Of a stretch of DNA of 64,000 bases, positions 11,063-22,681 are shown piece after piece. Position numbers and translations under genes: made by a program. Source of the DNA: Amoebophrya sp. A120. Lineage: Eukaryota; Protista; Dinoflagellata. The notes below the pieces were generated by a model. That model was not told the DNA's origin, searched no databases, and worked only from the letters and a program-made list of their open reading frames with translations. Location: assembly GCA_905178155.1 (NCBI GenBank), contig CAJINV010000004.1, positions 1,661,034 to 1,725,033 of the forward strand. The letters run 5' to 3'. Positions within the stretch are counted from its first letter, which is position 1. Every line of letters begins with the position of its first letter.

Positions 11063-14000
11063 ATGGGCGTGCTGGGCTATGAGTTCGCACAACTCCTCCT
11101 CTCCCTCATTCGTCGTGAAAATGCATGAATCTCCGCATTGTAGAAATAGAATGCAGTTTTCGCTGCATGACAAGTTTACAGCACAGGAGAATGCTGGTTC
11201 TGTATCTGTTTGAGCTGCCGAAACCTGGGATGCAAACACTGCCAAGACGAGGCAGAGGGTGAGTTTGGCTTTTTGCATGACAAAGGAGGGGAGGGGGATT
11301 TGTGCACTCGCACACGGACAGCGGCACGACTACGACCACCACGGACGAGCGTGGCATGCTGCTATCCATTGCAAAAGTCCTCGATGGTACGTGTGACAAA
11401 CTCTTCCATCTCAAGGAAAAAATGATTTTCATTTTTTCGTTCTGATTGAATGTTCACGCTGCATTATTTTTGCAACTCCTAATAAAAAACTACGGGCAGA
11501 GTTCTAGTTAGTTGTATACGTGCGAAGATGTTGCACATGCAGCTTTTGCTCTGGATAAGAGTTGCAATCGACGACTTCTGCCCGTCGCGGGGGCGGTTTG
11601 TTTGAGCAGCGGTTCGCCGAACGCGCGCATGCCTACGGGGTGGCTGCCTTCGGCAAGCTGGGTGAGATCTCCGCCACGAGGCCCGGCAGCGTGTACTGCT
11701 TTGCGTTGTTGCTGTTTCTGATCTTCAGTCCGGGGCTAACGCTGGTGCCAAAAATGACCAAGTACCGGGCCGACGAGCTGTGGGTGGATCAGGATTCCCG
11801 GGCCAAGATCACACAGAACTGGGTCGAGGCGAACTTCAGCCCGTACAGCAGGTTTGAGCGCATCATCCTCGTTTACGAGCCGAACGACGGTGGAATGTCC
11901 CCGACCGTTTCTGGGTTCGGTAACGTTTTGACATCCGCGGGGTTGGCGAAACTGTGGACCGTCTACAACACGATTACCAGTGTGAAGTCCAGTAGCCAGA
12001 AGTCCTTTGCAGATCTTTGCACGCGACGCGCCGACGACCTATCAAATGCAAAAATGTCTGGGTCTGGAAGATTGGTAGGTTTGTCATGCAGGTTTTCCAT
12101 GACCAACGCGGTCTGCCATGCACGGCCTAGCATGACAGGTTCTGTGAGAACTCTAAACTGCCTCTAAACTTGTTCAAAAGTGGAACTCTTTTGGTAATCA
12201 TGCAACACAAATTTTTCCACGATCCAGATGCAGCATGACAAGTTACCTTCTTCCAGACCGCCCAGACATATTTGCAATGCATACGACCCAAGCCGGTGCT
12301 ATGTGGAGGGCGTCGTGAACTTTTGGCGGCAGAACTTCACGGAATTTCAGCTGTCGGCAACCAAGGTCGCGGACGCCATGGTGGACTACTACCCAGGGTC
12401 GGTGCAGCAGGTTTACCGCAACGACATGATGTTCGGGTACCAGGCGACGCCGACTATTACAATGAAATATGCCCCCACCCCCGAACTTGGGAGCATTTGT
12501 ATTGCAAACCTTTCCAAATGAAACATTCGCCCTCTTGCATCTATCAGCATCACAGGTTTCCAATCGTGAATAGCAAAAATTTGTATTGCAAAAGACCCCA
12601 GCAAGAGCGGCGCTTGTCATGCAAGCGATACGATACACGACTAGACTCTGCATCACAAAGATTCATACTCCTTCCATGTATGGCAAAAAGTTCTTATTTG
12701 GAAACTTCGCATCACAAATTTTTGCAAGTTTGGGGGTGGGGGCGTTTTTCCCTGCAATACCGACCCCGTTTGCTTTCGGGTTCCAGCTCGGGGTGTTCTT
12801 GAATGACGACGATGCAAATGAGGACGACAATCTGTCCTGGGAGAAAAACTACCTGGACGCCATGGAAATGCTTGACGAGGCCGAAAAAGCATCCTATTCT
12901 GGGTTTCGGGTACTTAGTACATAATTAGAAGTCAGTAACCTGTTGGTTGCATGATTTAGAAGATCATGAACAAAAAATATTTCATCAAACGTCTACTCAG
13001 ATCTACCGCGAGTCCACTCGAACGCTTGACGACGAGCTGCTGCGGTCCGTGCGAGGGGATATAATTCTCAATGGCTTGAGCTACACGCTGATGTCGATTT
13101 ACTGTGGGATCATGCTGTCTCGCAAGCCGCATCCGAAGCTGTACGACTTCAGCCGGGCCTACTGGTGGAAGGTCGTGCGCATCGGCAGCCGGGCCGCATT
13201 GGCCACCTTGGGCGTGTTTGTGGTCATCCTCTCCACCATTATCGGATATGGGTTCTGCTTGTACTGCGGCGTGTACTATCAAATGCAAATATGTCTGGGT
13301 CTGGAAGGTTGGAAGATTTGGCATGCAGGTTTTTCATGACGCGTGAGGTCTGTCATACATGACCCAGCATGACAGATTCTGTCCGACCTCTATCATGCCT
13401 CGTCTGCATGAGAAACTCCCTCTCAGCTTGGTCAAAAGTGGACAGCTTTTGGGAATCATGCAACACAGATTTTAGCACTATCCAAAATTAGCATGACAAG
13501 TTGCAACCTTCCAGACCCAGACATATTTGCAATGCATATGTACTTCGTCAGCTTACACCAGGTGCTGCCGTTTATCCTGGTGGGGATCGGGGTGGATGTA
13601 TCACAGGAAAAAAGTGTTACAGTTGCGCATTTGTTGGAATTTCAGCGTCACAAAGTTGCTCCGCATGGCAAAGAAAACTTGTAATGCGCAGACATTAAGA
13701 GAAAACACAAACGAAATGACGCTGGCAAGCATTTCCTGCAAGACAGAGGCTGTCTGTCTTGCTTGTCTTGCATCAGACGAGTGGGTAACTGTGACGCTTT
13801 TTTCTCACGATAGGATGACATGTTTATCCTGGTGAACGCTTTCGACAGTTTATCAAAAGGAAAAATCCCCCCTCCCCATACTCAAACCACAAATTTGTGA
13901 TGCAGATTTGTGGTCACAAATCAGCTTCGTCATGCTAGAAGGGAAAAGATGCGGACTGTAGTGCGGGTTGCCGTGCGAAAGCCTTGCATCTTCAGCATGA

Positions 14001-17000
14001 CAGGGGGCAGCTGGAAGTCGGAAACAGCATGACAAATTGCCTGCAAACGAGGCCACAGCTGCGTCTCTTGGCCTTCTAGCATTACAAGTCGATTTGTGTA
14101 CTCAAATACAGCATCACAAATTTCGTTTTCGATATGGGGAGGGGGGATTTTTCCTTTTGATAGAGTTTCCCGGACCTCCCCCCAAAGGAACGAGCCAGAA
14201 AGGCGCTGGAGAAGTGCGGCATGACCGTCACCCTCACCAGTTTGACAAACGTGGTGGTCTTTCTGTTCGGAGCCACGTTCAGCTACCCCGCTGTGCAGTA
14301 TTTCTGCATCTACGCCGCCATGGCCATCTTTTTCAACTACGTGCTGCAGTGCACGCTTTTCACGGCCTTTCTGGTGAAGGACCTGCAACGCCAAGAGAAA
14401 CGGTTGCAGGACGGCATGTGCGCGGCTTTTCTTCCGAGTGTTTGCTTAGCAACGAACGGCGGTAGTGAGGCGCGCTGCAGCGACTCTACTTCCGGCACAG
14501 TATTATGCTGTGGACGACCGCTGCTGACAAGTGGGCAAGTGGAAGAGATTCGGACAATAACTGCAAGAACAACTTCTACGCAGACCAGCGAACAGCGGGC
14601 GGAGGCAAAAATCTTAGAGAAAGGAAGTGGAACAGCAACTTCTACCGATAGAACGAATAATGAGGGTTTTTTTGAAGAAAGCGCAGGAGGACAGGTAGCC
14701 GCCCCTGATATCGCTCCTCCTCAGGACCACGAAAGAAGTGACGGTCAAGATGAAATGAAGACCGCTAAAATAAATGATGCAGTAGCTGTAGCACCAGTCT
14801 CCACGGTTCTCTTCGCGTCCTATGACGACAGCAATTTTCGCCCCTTCATTCGAAGATGTTACGCCCCGCTCCTGACCCTGCCGGTTGTGAAGCTGTTGGT
14901 CTGCGTTGTTTTCTTCGGGTACTGCGGCTTTAGCATCTACTGCATCACAAACGTAACCAAGGACTTTGACTTGAAGGAACTCTGTCTATCCAAGAAAAAA
15001 AGATTGTAGGTGTAACTTTCTTGGAGGAACACCATGACAAATCCGTCTGACATGAGAGCAAAAATCTGTCATGCGCAGATAGTACGGAAAAACGCCATTG
15101 AACGGACCCTCCAATGCATGCCCAGCATGACAGACGCAGTCATCTTACATGTTGCGCATCACAAATTTACACTAGCAACGTTTTTTTCTTGGATACTGTC
15201 CCGACGAGAGTTACTACCGCGACATGCTAGAGATCACCGACCAGATGTACGAAATGAGCGGGAAGGGACGACTCAACTTTGGCCTCTACTACACGCATGA
15301 CCATTCGCAACTTGATTCCCAAAACGTTATGATCGAGCACGAAACCACGGTCCGGCACCTGAAATACGTGGAAAGCGACGAAGTGACCTCGTGGTTCCGC
15401 GCCTTCCGGCAGTATTGCGTGACCAACGGCACGGTGTGCGCGCAGGAGAAGGTGCCGGGGATATCGTATGTAGTGAGGTCACCGAACGGTTCTAACCAGG
15501 GAGTTTTTTTGACATATACCCTGAAAAACGACCGGCAGTTTTGAAGCGGCCGGAAGTGTTTTTGAGCATAAAAAGTTTTCACTTATCAAGCGGCCGGGGC
15601 GTTTGCGGCAAAAAAGCCCGAGCGGATTCTATCGGTTCCCGCTTGATAAAACGACGCAGGGGAGCCGGCAAAAGGGGCGCCCTTCTGAGGCGCCCGCCGC
15701 CTTAGTTTCTGGCGATTTGGGGAGCCCAAAAAGGGGCGCGTAAAAAACGCACCCAAAATCAGAACAGCGAAACAGCGTGGCACGGCCGCGATTTCGGAGC
15801 ATTTTGGGCGGCCGCGAAAGCGGCCGCCTTTTCGCCGGTTTTAGAGCCTGGGAAGCTTTGCAAAAAGCGCCGGCGTGAAAAATAAAAACGCGAAAAATAA
15901 AAAGCGCCCCAGACGCGCAAAGCCAATCCGCATGCTATGGGCCCGGTTTTTCTTCGCTTTTTGAGCGCCCCCCGTGGCACCCGGATCGGCCCCATAGCGT
16001 CGGGGCTGGCTTTCGGAGAGGAATTTTGGAAGTGTGCCAAAATTTGTGACGTTTCCCAGGTGGCCGCAATACCGTGCGGCATAACGTTAATCACGGCGGT
16101 ATGGCGAGCCCAGAAGAAGCAAAGCCGCGGCCAAGGCGGCGGTCGGCAAAAAAACGCCCACGACCTCACTACCCCCGCCCCGGCGGCTATATTTGGTAAG
16201 GAAAAATCCCTCCTCCCCATACTGAAAAGGTATGTTTGCGAAAATTTGTGTTGCTGATTCGAGGTCACAAACCACATTTGTCTTGCAAGAAGACAAGGGC
16301 AGCAGCTTCCGCCCTATTATGGAAGCGATTTGTCATGCTCTGGGGCCTAAAGGGGAGCCGTTTGCCATGCTGAGCAACTAGACCCATAGGCCCCTACCTA
16401 GCCTGGGGATCTGGCCGCAGTGCCTCTCTGCAGTACAAAGCTGATAGATTCGTGTACAGAAATACAGCATCAGAAATTCCGTTTTGATATGGGGAGGGGG
16501 GATCTTTCCTTTCGATAGGGGAGTGCCGTGGTTCCGCACGGCGATCCCCGGTTGTTCGGGAACTTGGTTTTTAACTGGCTGCAGCTCTCCGTCTATGACA
16601 GTGCACAAATCCCCCTCGGCCTCATTTCTCATGCAAAATCGCAACTCCAATTGTTCCCTTGTTGCTATCTATTATATTCATGCGAAAATATTGCTCTAGA
16701 GAGGGTAAACGAGAGGTGGCAAAAAGAGGTCAAAGGAGGTAAAAAAGAGGTCGACAGAGGTGGAGAGGTGGCGCGGGAGGTAATTCGAGAGGGTGGCCGA
16801 GAGGGGGCGCGAGTATAGCCCGCCGAACCGGTCGCCCTTTAGGGCCGCTAAGCGGCACGGAGGTGGCCGAGAGGTAAAAAAGAGGGCAAGCGAGAGGTGG
16901 ACAGAGGTGCCGAGAGGTTGCGCGAATAAGGGGAGACCTCTCGCGCACCCTCTGTCTGGGCCACCTCTCGGCCACCTTTGTAGACCTCTACCGGCGAGTA

Positions 17001-20000
17001 TAGCCGGACTATTAGCAACACCTCCCGGAAGAGGTGAAAAAGAGGGTCCGCGAGAGGGGTAAAAAAACCTGAATCCGCCCAGCACAGGGCTGATTTTTTT
17101 GCGGCCCTTTCATGCAAAAGCCCGAACCCTCTCGCGCACCCTCTCGCGCACCCTCTCGCGCACCCTCTCCCTCTCGCGCCACCCTCCCGCGCCACCCTCT
17201 CGCGCCACCCTCTCGCGCCACCCTCCCGCGCGACCCTCTCGCGCCACCCTCCCGCGCCACCCTCTCGCGCCGGGCGGCTTCTGTTCGCCCCCGGTGTTCT
17301 TTGCAGCTGCTCCCTGCGCAGAGCGCCCGAAGGCGCGGGAGGCGCGCAAGTGGTCCTGCGGGTTGGCGTGGCGTAACCAGGCGGCAGGACTCCAGTATGT
17401 TTCTTTGTGCGCAGGCCCGTGGTGTTGTGGTCCGATCAGCAAACGGCCTTGCCCCGGCCCAACAGCCTTGCGCTCCGGCGGCAGCCGGAGCATGGCTGGT
17501 ATCACTATTATGCATGACAAATTTGGGAAGCCCACACTAACAGGACTATACATTAGGTACATAGATTTGTCATGCATAGGCTCCATTTGCGCTGGTGTTT
17601 GTATTGCTCTTCATGCCATACAAATGAGGAGGAGGGAGAGTTGTGCATTTTTATACCGTCAACGCGGTGTTTCGCGACGACATTCTGTTCCAAACACTGG
17701 AGCCGGACCAGCAAAGTACCGCCGGGCAACTGATGACCAACCGCACTTCGGTGGACGCGTTTGACTATGAACTGCAAAAGTATCGCACTCGTATAAATGC
17801 ATTACAAATTTTCTCAGCATGAGACTTGTAGTGCGGATTTAGCTATGACAAAAAAAGATTTGTAATGCATGACTGCAATACGAGTACGATACTTTTGCAC
17901 AGCATATTGACCGCGTGATCACGGCTTCTCGGGTGTTTTTCCGACACACCGTGGCGGTGGTCCGGCCGGGCAAGTACGCTGTGGCGGCGAATAAGGAAAT
18001 TTACGACTTTGTCGACAACGAGACCCGGTTGCAGCCCAACGTGCGTGCGTCGACCAAGTTCTACCAGTTCTTCGACCAAACCTGGCATATTGACGAGGAG
18101 CTGAAAGCCAACTACGCGTTTGCAATTCTTGGCGTCTTTCTGATCACGTTTTTGCTCATTCCAAATTGGATTGGAACGCTGTTGCTTTGCGCGGTCGTGT
18201 GCATGGTGGATGTCGATTTGACGGGTATAATCAATAACGAGTACATCAACACACATGCGTACGGTGCGGAGTGTTTTTTGAAAAGATAAAGATTAGAAAA
18301 GTTGTGAACTAAGACTACGACGAGGTCAACATCCTGTAGAATCTTAGTATGACGTTGTTGCACGACTATGCAGGTAGCAGGTGTCGCTCGTGGTCGTGCT
18401 CACATTAGAGTTGTCCACCAGATTGCTTGCGTTCGCTCGCTGTGCGATGCGAACTCCAGCAACTGTTTACGAGCTGGACTTTTGCTTCATGCGGTTTAAT
18501 ATTGCATGTATTCGTGACCACCTATACAAGAAGTCTGCTACTCGGATGAGTAGATAGCTCATAGTTTGTTCTACTAGCTAAAAATCCCTCCCCACATCAT
18601 CATCAGGCTCGATCTGGCTCTGGGGACTAGACCTGAACTCGATCAGTGTGGTAAATCTGGTGATGGCGATTGGCCTGGTCGTTGACTATTCCGCGCACAT
18701 TGTCCACGCGTTTTTCTACGAGTATCAACTGCAAATATCGAAGATCTGGGTCAGGAACAAGGCAGGGTGCGCTTGTTTGTCATCCATCTTTGTCTTTCGG
18801 ACGATGACGCAAATAGTAATGCACGCAAAAGCATCATTTACAGATACAGGCTTTAATACACAGCCGCAGGCCTTTTTTTGCTTATCAAGTATGAAGATGA
18901 ACTCCTTTTGTGCGTACTAGCAAGAAATTGGCAGCTTGTCCTCGTGATATGTGCATTCCACCAAGCTGGAACTTTTCCAGACCCAGATCGATATTATTTG
19001 CAGTGCATAGCGAGAACACCGACACCACGACGGATGCCAACTCTCGCATGCAGCACGCCGTCGTGGACATGCTTCCGAATGTGTTGAAGGGCGGTTCGAC
19101 GACGTTTCTCGGCGTTATAACCCGCTCAGCTGTTACAATCTCAAACGTTGCAATAGAATATGGAAATCTGTGATGCAAGATTGCATGATCTAGCCAAGTC
19201 TCATAGGATTGCGCATGACAAGTTCCGGAGCCCTAAACCTCACGACACTCTGGCGAAATTTGTATTGCAAAAGTGGGAACGCTGTGCGAGCCTGTCATGC
19301 TCATCGTGCCACACAAATTCCAGATTCTATTGTAACGTTTGAGATTGTAACGCTTGAGCAAGTCATAGGCGTGTCTGTATTCATCTTTGCCTCTTCGTTT
19401 ATTTTCCGGGTCTTCTATTGAAAGGAAAAATCTCCCCTCCCCATATTGAAAAGGTATGTCTGCTCCGGAAATTTGTGTTGCTGATTTGAGGTCACAAATC
19501 GCATTTGTCTTGCAAGAAGACAAGGACAGAAGCTTCCGCCATATTATGGAAGCCATTTGGCATGCCGTTGGGCCTAAAGGGGGGCCGTTCGCCATGCTGA
19601 GAAACTAGACCCATAAGCCCCCAGCTAGCCTGGGGATCTGGCCGCAATGCCTTTCTGCAACACAAATCTGATTTGTGTACGCAAATCCAGCATCAGAAGT
19701 TTCGTTTTGATATGGGGAGGGGGGATTTTTCCTTTTGATATCTTCTTCCGCATGTTCGTTGGCATCGTCGGGTTGGGATTGCTGCACGGGTTAGTTTTGG
19801 TTTATGGCGTTCTATAAATGTTACATTCTCAACTGTTGCATGAATTTGTGATGCAAAAACAGCAAGAGTGAAAGGGGGAAGATTGCGCCTCTTGCAATAC
19901 AGGTCTGGCACGGATCTAGATGCTGTCTAGCCCGTCGAAAATTTGTCATGCGAAGCAGCTTGATGGTGTAGATGCTGATGAGAATTTGCATGACAAATTA

Positions 20001-20759
20001 TGCAACAGTTGAGAATGTAACGTTTGAGAACGCCATACGGTTCCCGTCCTGCTCACTTTTGTCCCCGTCTCTTCGGCAGGGGGGGCGGGAAAGGAAACCT
20101 GTAAACTGGGGCCGGCGGAAGAAAAAATCGTGTCAGAATCGGGCACGGGGGCGACTAGTAGAAAGAGTAGCCGGGAAAAGGATCCTATGGGTCAGGAAAA
20201 AACTCTGTTTAGCTGCTATAAAACTTACACTCTGGTGCCCTTCGGACATAGCATTTTTACATACAAATCTGCCTGGCATGCTGAAACGGATAAGTATCTT
20301 CCGGCATGACAACGCTAAGAGCTGTCTTGCATCGTCTCCTGCAACACAAAGTCACAAACAATGTTTCACACAGTTTTTTTCTGTTGATAGATCAGGTGTA
20401 TCAGGTGGGAGATATTCCAAGTGAACCGCCGACGGGAACGACGTATCAAATGAGAAAAGTGTAAAGTTCGTCACTGGGTCGCTCATGGACATGGGCCGCA
20501 ACATTTTTGCCATACAAGAATGTCGGCCATGCGTAAAAGTGCATCAAAGTTGAATTTCATAAAGGGATGAAAAAACTTGTCATGATGCGAAACCTGCAAC
20601 AACTGACACTGAGGCGAGTCGAGTGACTCCAGCTGCAAACTTTTACTTTTTGCGCTTCACACGGCGCGAGCCAGTGGCAGTGGGGAAAATACTATGGACA
20701 TAAAAGTGCATGACGCTGGGGTGACTTCGAGTGGCCGCGGTGCCGGGGCGAGCTTTTAG
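11063..20759 (+). CDS. Patched/NPC1-like RND sterol-sensing-domain membrane protein (complete paralogue B; 18 IEs + 2 GT-AG introns 12910-13000, 18225-18606)
   Basis: Reassembled motifs GIGVDDMFIL, ITLTSLT-like VTLTSLTN, YPAVQYFC, LCPDESY, ITASR, LNSISVVNLVMAIGLVVDYSAHI, GGSTTFLG, HGLVLVPVLL; stop TAG 20757-20759; the part near 15467-16517 is poorly resolved. Confidence 0.85.
11078..11314. mobile_element. IE, same site as 3016
   Basis: TIR pair; flanks tgggc/cggac. Confidence 0.7.
11363..11557. mobile_element. IE, same site as 3290
   Basis: TIR pair; flanks gctgc/agagt. Confidence 0.7.
12040..12283. mobile_element. IE F1, same site as 4837
   Basis: TSD cgacc/cgacc. Confidence 0.93.
12455..12759. 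mobile_element. IE, TATTACAATGAAATATGCCCCCACCCCC family; absent from copy A
   Basis: TSD ccgac/ccgac; single ccgac at 5268-5272. Confidence 0.93.
13277..13538. mobile_element. IE F1; absent from copy A
   Basis: TSD tgtac/tgtac. Confidence 0.95.
13599..13812. mobile_element. IE (TATCACAGGAAAAAAG); absent from copy A
   Basis: TSD ggatg/ggatg, inside GVDDM motif. Confidence 0.93.
13851..14162. mobile_element. IE, TATCAAAAGGAAAAATCCCCCCTCCCCATA family (F3); absent from copy A
   Basis: 30-bp perfect TIR; flanks cagtt/gagtt. Confidence 0.95.
14987..15195. mobile_element. IE, TATCCAAGAAAAAAA family (F4)
   Basis: TSD ctgtc/ctgtc; joins ELC|PDESY. Confidence 0.93.
15467..16175. mobile_element. Probable long IE (TATGTAGTGAGGTC...GACCTCACTAC); interior looks error-rich
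   Basis: Inverted ends at 15467 and ~16162-16172; same left end at 40362; right boundary approximate. Confidence 0.5.
16190..16517. mobile_element. IE F3 (left end noisy)
   Basis: Near copy of 19416-19740. Confidence 0.75.
16594..17655. mobile_element. IE expanded by a GC-rich foldback-like insert
   Basis: tatgacagtgcacaaatcc...gagttgtgcatttttata; TSD ccgtc/ccgtc; joins LQLSV|NAVFRDDI; interior gagaggtggc vs ccctctcgcgc repeats. Confidence 0.85.
17766..17906. mobile_element. IE, TATCCTGTGCAAAAGTATCG family (F2)
   Basis: TSD ttgac/ttgac. Confidence 0.92.
18723..19009. mobile_element. IE F1-related
   Basis: flanks acgag/gcgag. Confidence 0.88.
19116..19367. mobile_element. IE (TATAACCCGCTCAGC)
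   Basis: TSD ggcgt/ggcgt; gttacaatctcaaacgtt inverted pair. Confidence 0.9.
19416..19740. mobile_element. IE F3
   Basis: TSD tcttc/tcttc. Confidence 0.93.
19803..20037. mobile_element. IE TATGGCGTTCTC family (F5), opposite orientation to 47822 and 54748
   Basis: flanks tggtt/cggtt. Confidence 0.92.
20186..20389. mobile_element. IE F4-related
   Basis: flanks gatcc/gatca. Confidence 0.8.
20444..20661. mobile_element. IE (TATCAAATGAGAAAAGTG), decayed
   Basis: ends ttcaca; flanks cgacg/cggcg; frame restored to stop 20759. Confidence 0.65.
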
Positions 20760-21691
20760 GGGGTCGTGGTGAAGCTACCTTACAACTTACCTTGTTGACG
20801 TAGACATTTTTGATTTTATTTAATTCGGGCGACGTCTGTACTACAGCAGAGTGTAAATTTGTTTCTACAGTTACAGAGATGAGAACCGCCTAGCCGGGGC
20901 GTGAAAACTAGAACTTAAAACTAAGCTGAATTATTCATCACACAACTAGTCTAGTGATCACTGCTAGCTACCACAGTACAGTAAAACGCTGACCGAAAAA
21001 AAACAACGTTTCTGCCTTGCTTTGCTAGAGTTTGATTCCAGTGAGACCGAGACGATCAACATGATGAGCAAATCGACAAACGTTGTGCTGGCCTCGTGGT
21101 TTTCTTGTGTAAAAGTTGTAAATTTCGACGCAACTACGGTGACGAGGACGCCAACTGCGGCAGCCTTTGCTTTTCTTGCAGCTAATTGTAGTAATTATGA
21201 TCTTCTCCATGGAGATTCACTACACTAACACCGCCGCAGCCTTGTTGTTTTCCTTTTCCTCGCATATCATTCTCGCACTACAAGTAGGACATCATGATCA
21301 TATCAATTATCTGGTTCTGGTAGTATAAAGTAGTGGTGATGGCACTTTGGCATAGATAGAAGCTCCTGCACGAAAGTTCTTGTCGTGACGTTGGATGGTC
21401 GATTCATCGTAGAAGGATAGCAGCATTGGCATTGCACAGAAAGAAAAAAAAATCATCTTGTTGCCGGGACCAATTATTAAAGAATATTTCCTTCATCTGA
21501 CGGTGACACAATGTGGCGTTTTGTTCCTGCGCTTTGGCATGACAGAAAAAAGAGAATGAATTATTAAAACCTCATCGGTGAACAGAACTACTCGTGCCGT
21601 GCACACAAATCTAAATGCTGACATGATAGTACAGCCACCGATCGGAACAAAATGTGTTTTCGGTTTCATTTTTGAGAAAGAACTTGAACAT

Positions 21692-22128
21692 AGAAGATTT
21701 GTCATGCATAGGCTCCATCGAAAAAAACCTTCGGTCCTCGTCCTGTACTAGCGCTCGGAGGCCAGATACTGTGATGCTAGAGAATGCATCACAGGCATCG
21801 GAGGCCATGTACAATTTGCATGACAAAATCCCCAAATCTTCCAGACCCAGACATTTTTGCATTTGATAGTGGTCTTTCTGTTCGGAGCCACGTTCAGCTA
21901 CCCCGCCGTGCAGTATTTCTGCATCTGCTATCCTGAGTAGAAATGTCCCCACCCCAGAGTTGTCATGCAGATTTGCGATCAGAGGAAGATTTGTAATGCG
22001 CATCTCCATCAGAGGCATAATTCCCGATCGTGTTTTGGAATTTGTAATGCTGGAAACAGGAGAGAGAAGATTTGTCATGCATAGGCTCCATCGAAAAAAG
22101 TCTTCGGTCCTCGTCCTGTACTAGCGCT
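21692..22128 (+). pseudogene. Orphan 60-bp Patched exon (21869-21928) between a right-half IE and a left-half IE, bounded by a 64-bp direct repeat
   Basis: Exon equals 14254-14313 with 2 mismatches; repeat 21692-21755 / 22065-22128. Confidence 0.85.
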
Positions 22129-22681
22129 GCAGAGGTGCTATGTCGGTTATTGATTAGGGTAGATTTATATAGATTATCGTCCACTTCTGCCAGAACACTT
22201 CTCCCTCGTCCAAGAATCATCGGAATTTATTGGCTATTCGTCCGTGAATTCAATATTAATTTTCTCTCCTCCTCCTGTCGGTCTCGTCGTCGTTTGTTAC
22301 TTCGCGTGCGAAAATCGTCCACAACTACAACTCGTGGTGGTTTGCTACAACTAACTTCTTGCGATTGCTTCTAATCTTGCCATTCTTGATGTTTCAGGAC
22401 CTCAACCCACCTTCAAAAGTAAAACCCAACACATCACTCCTTCTACATCTTCTTATACGTATGATTTTTTCTAGCGATTTACTTTCAAAGCTCTTGTACA
22501 ATATGATTGTTAGAAATTTTGCGTACACATCATCAGATGATGTAGTTTCGACATGCACGACACCGTTTTAAAAACTTCGACACGCCAAAACGAGTGTTGA
22601 AGCAAGACTCCACGACGAGGACGACCTGCAGCTTTGCTATAGAGGACAACTACACATCAGAAAGTAGAGCGGAGCGAAAAT

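Noticed and set aside
15500-16190. Possible coding or transposase content in the long IE
   Set aside because: Homopolymer-rich, error-like sequence with no recognisable motifs; cannot be interpreted.
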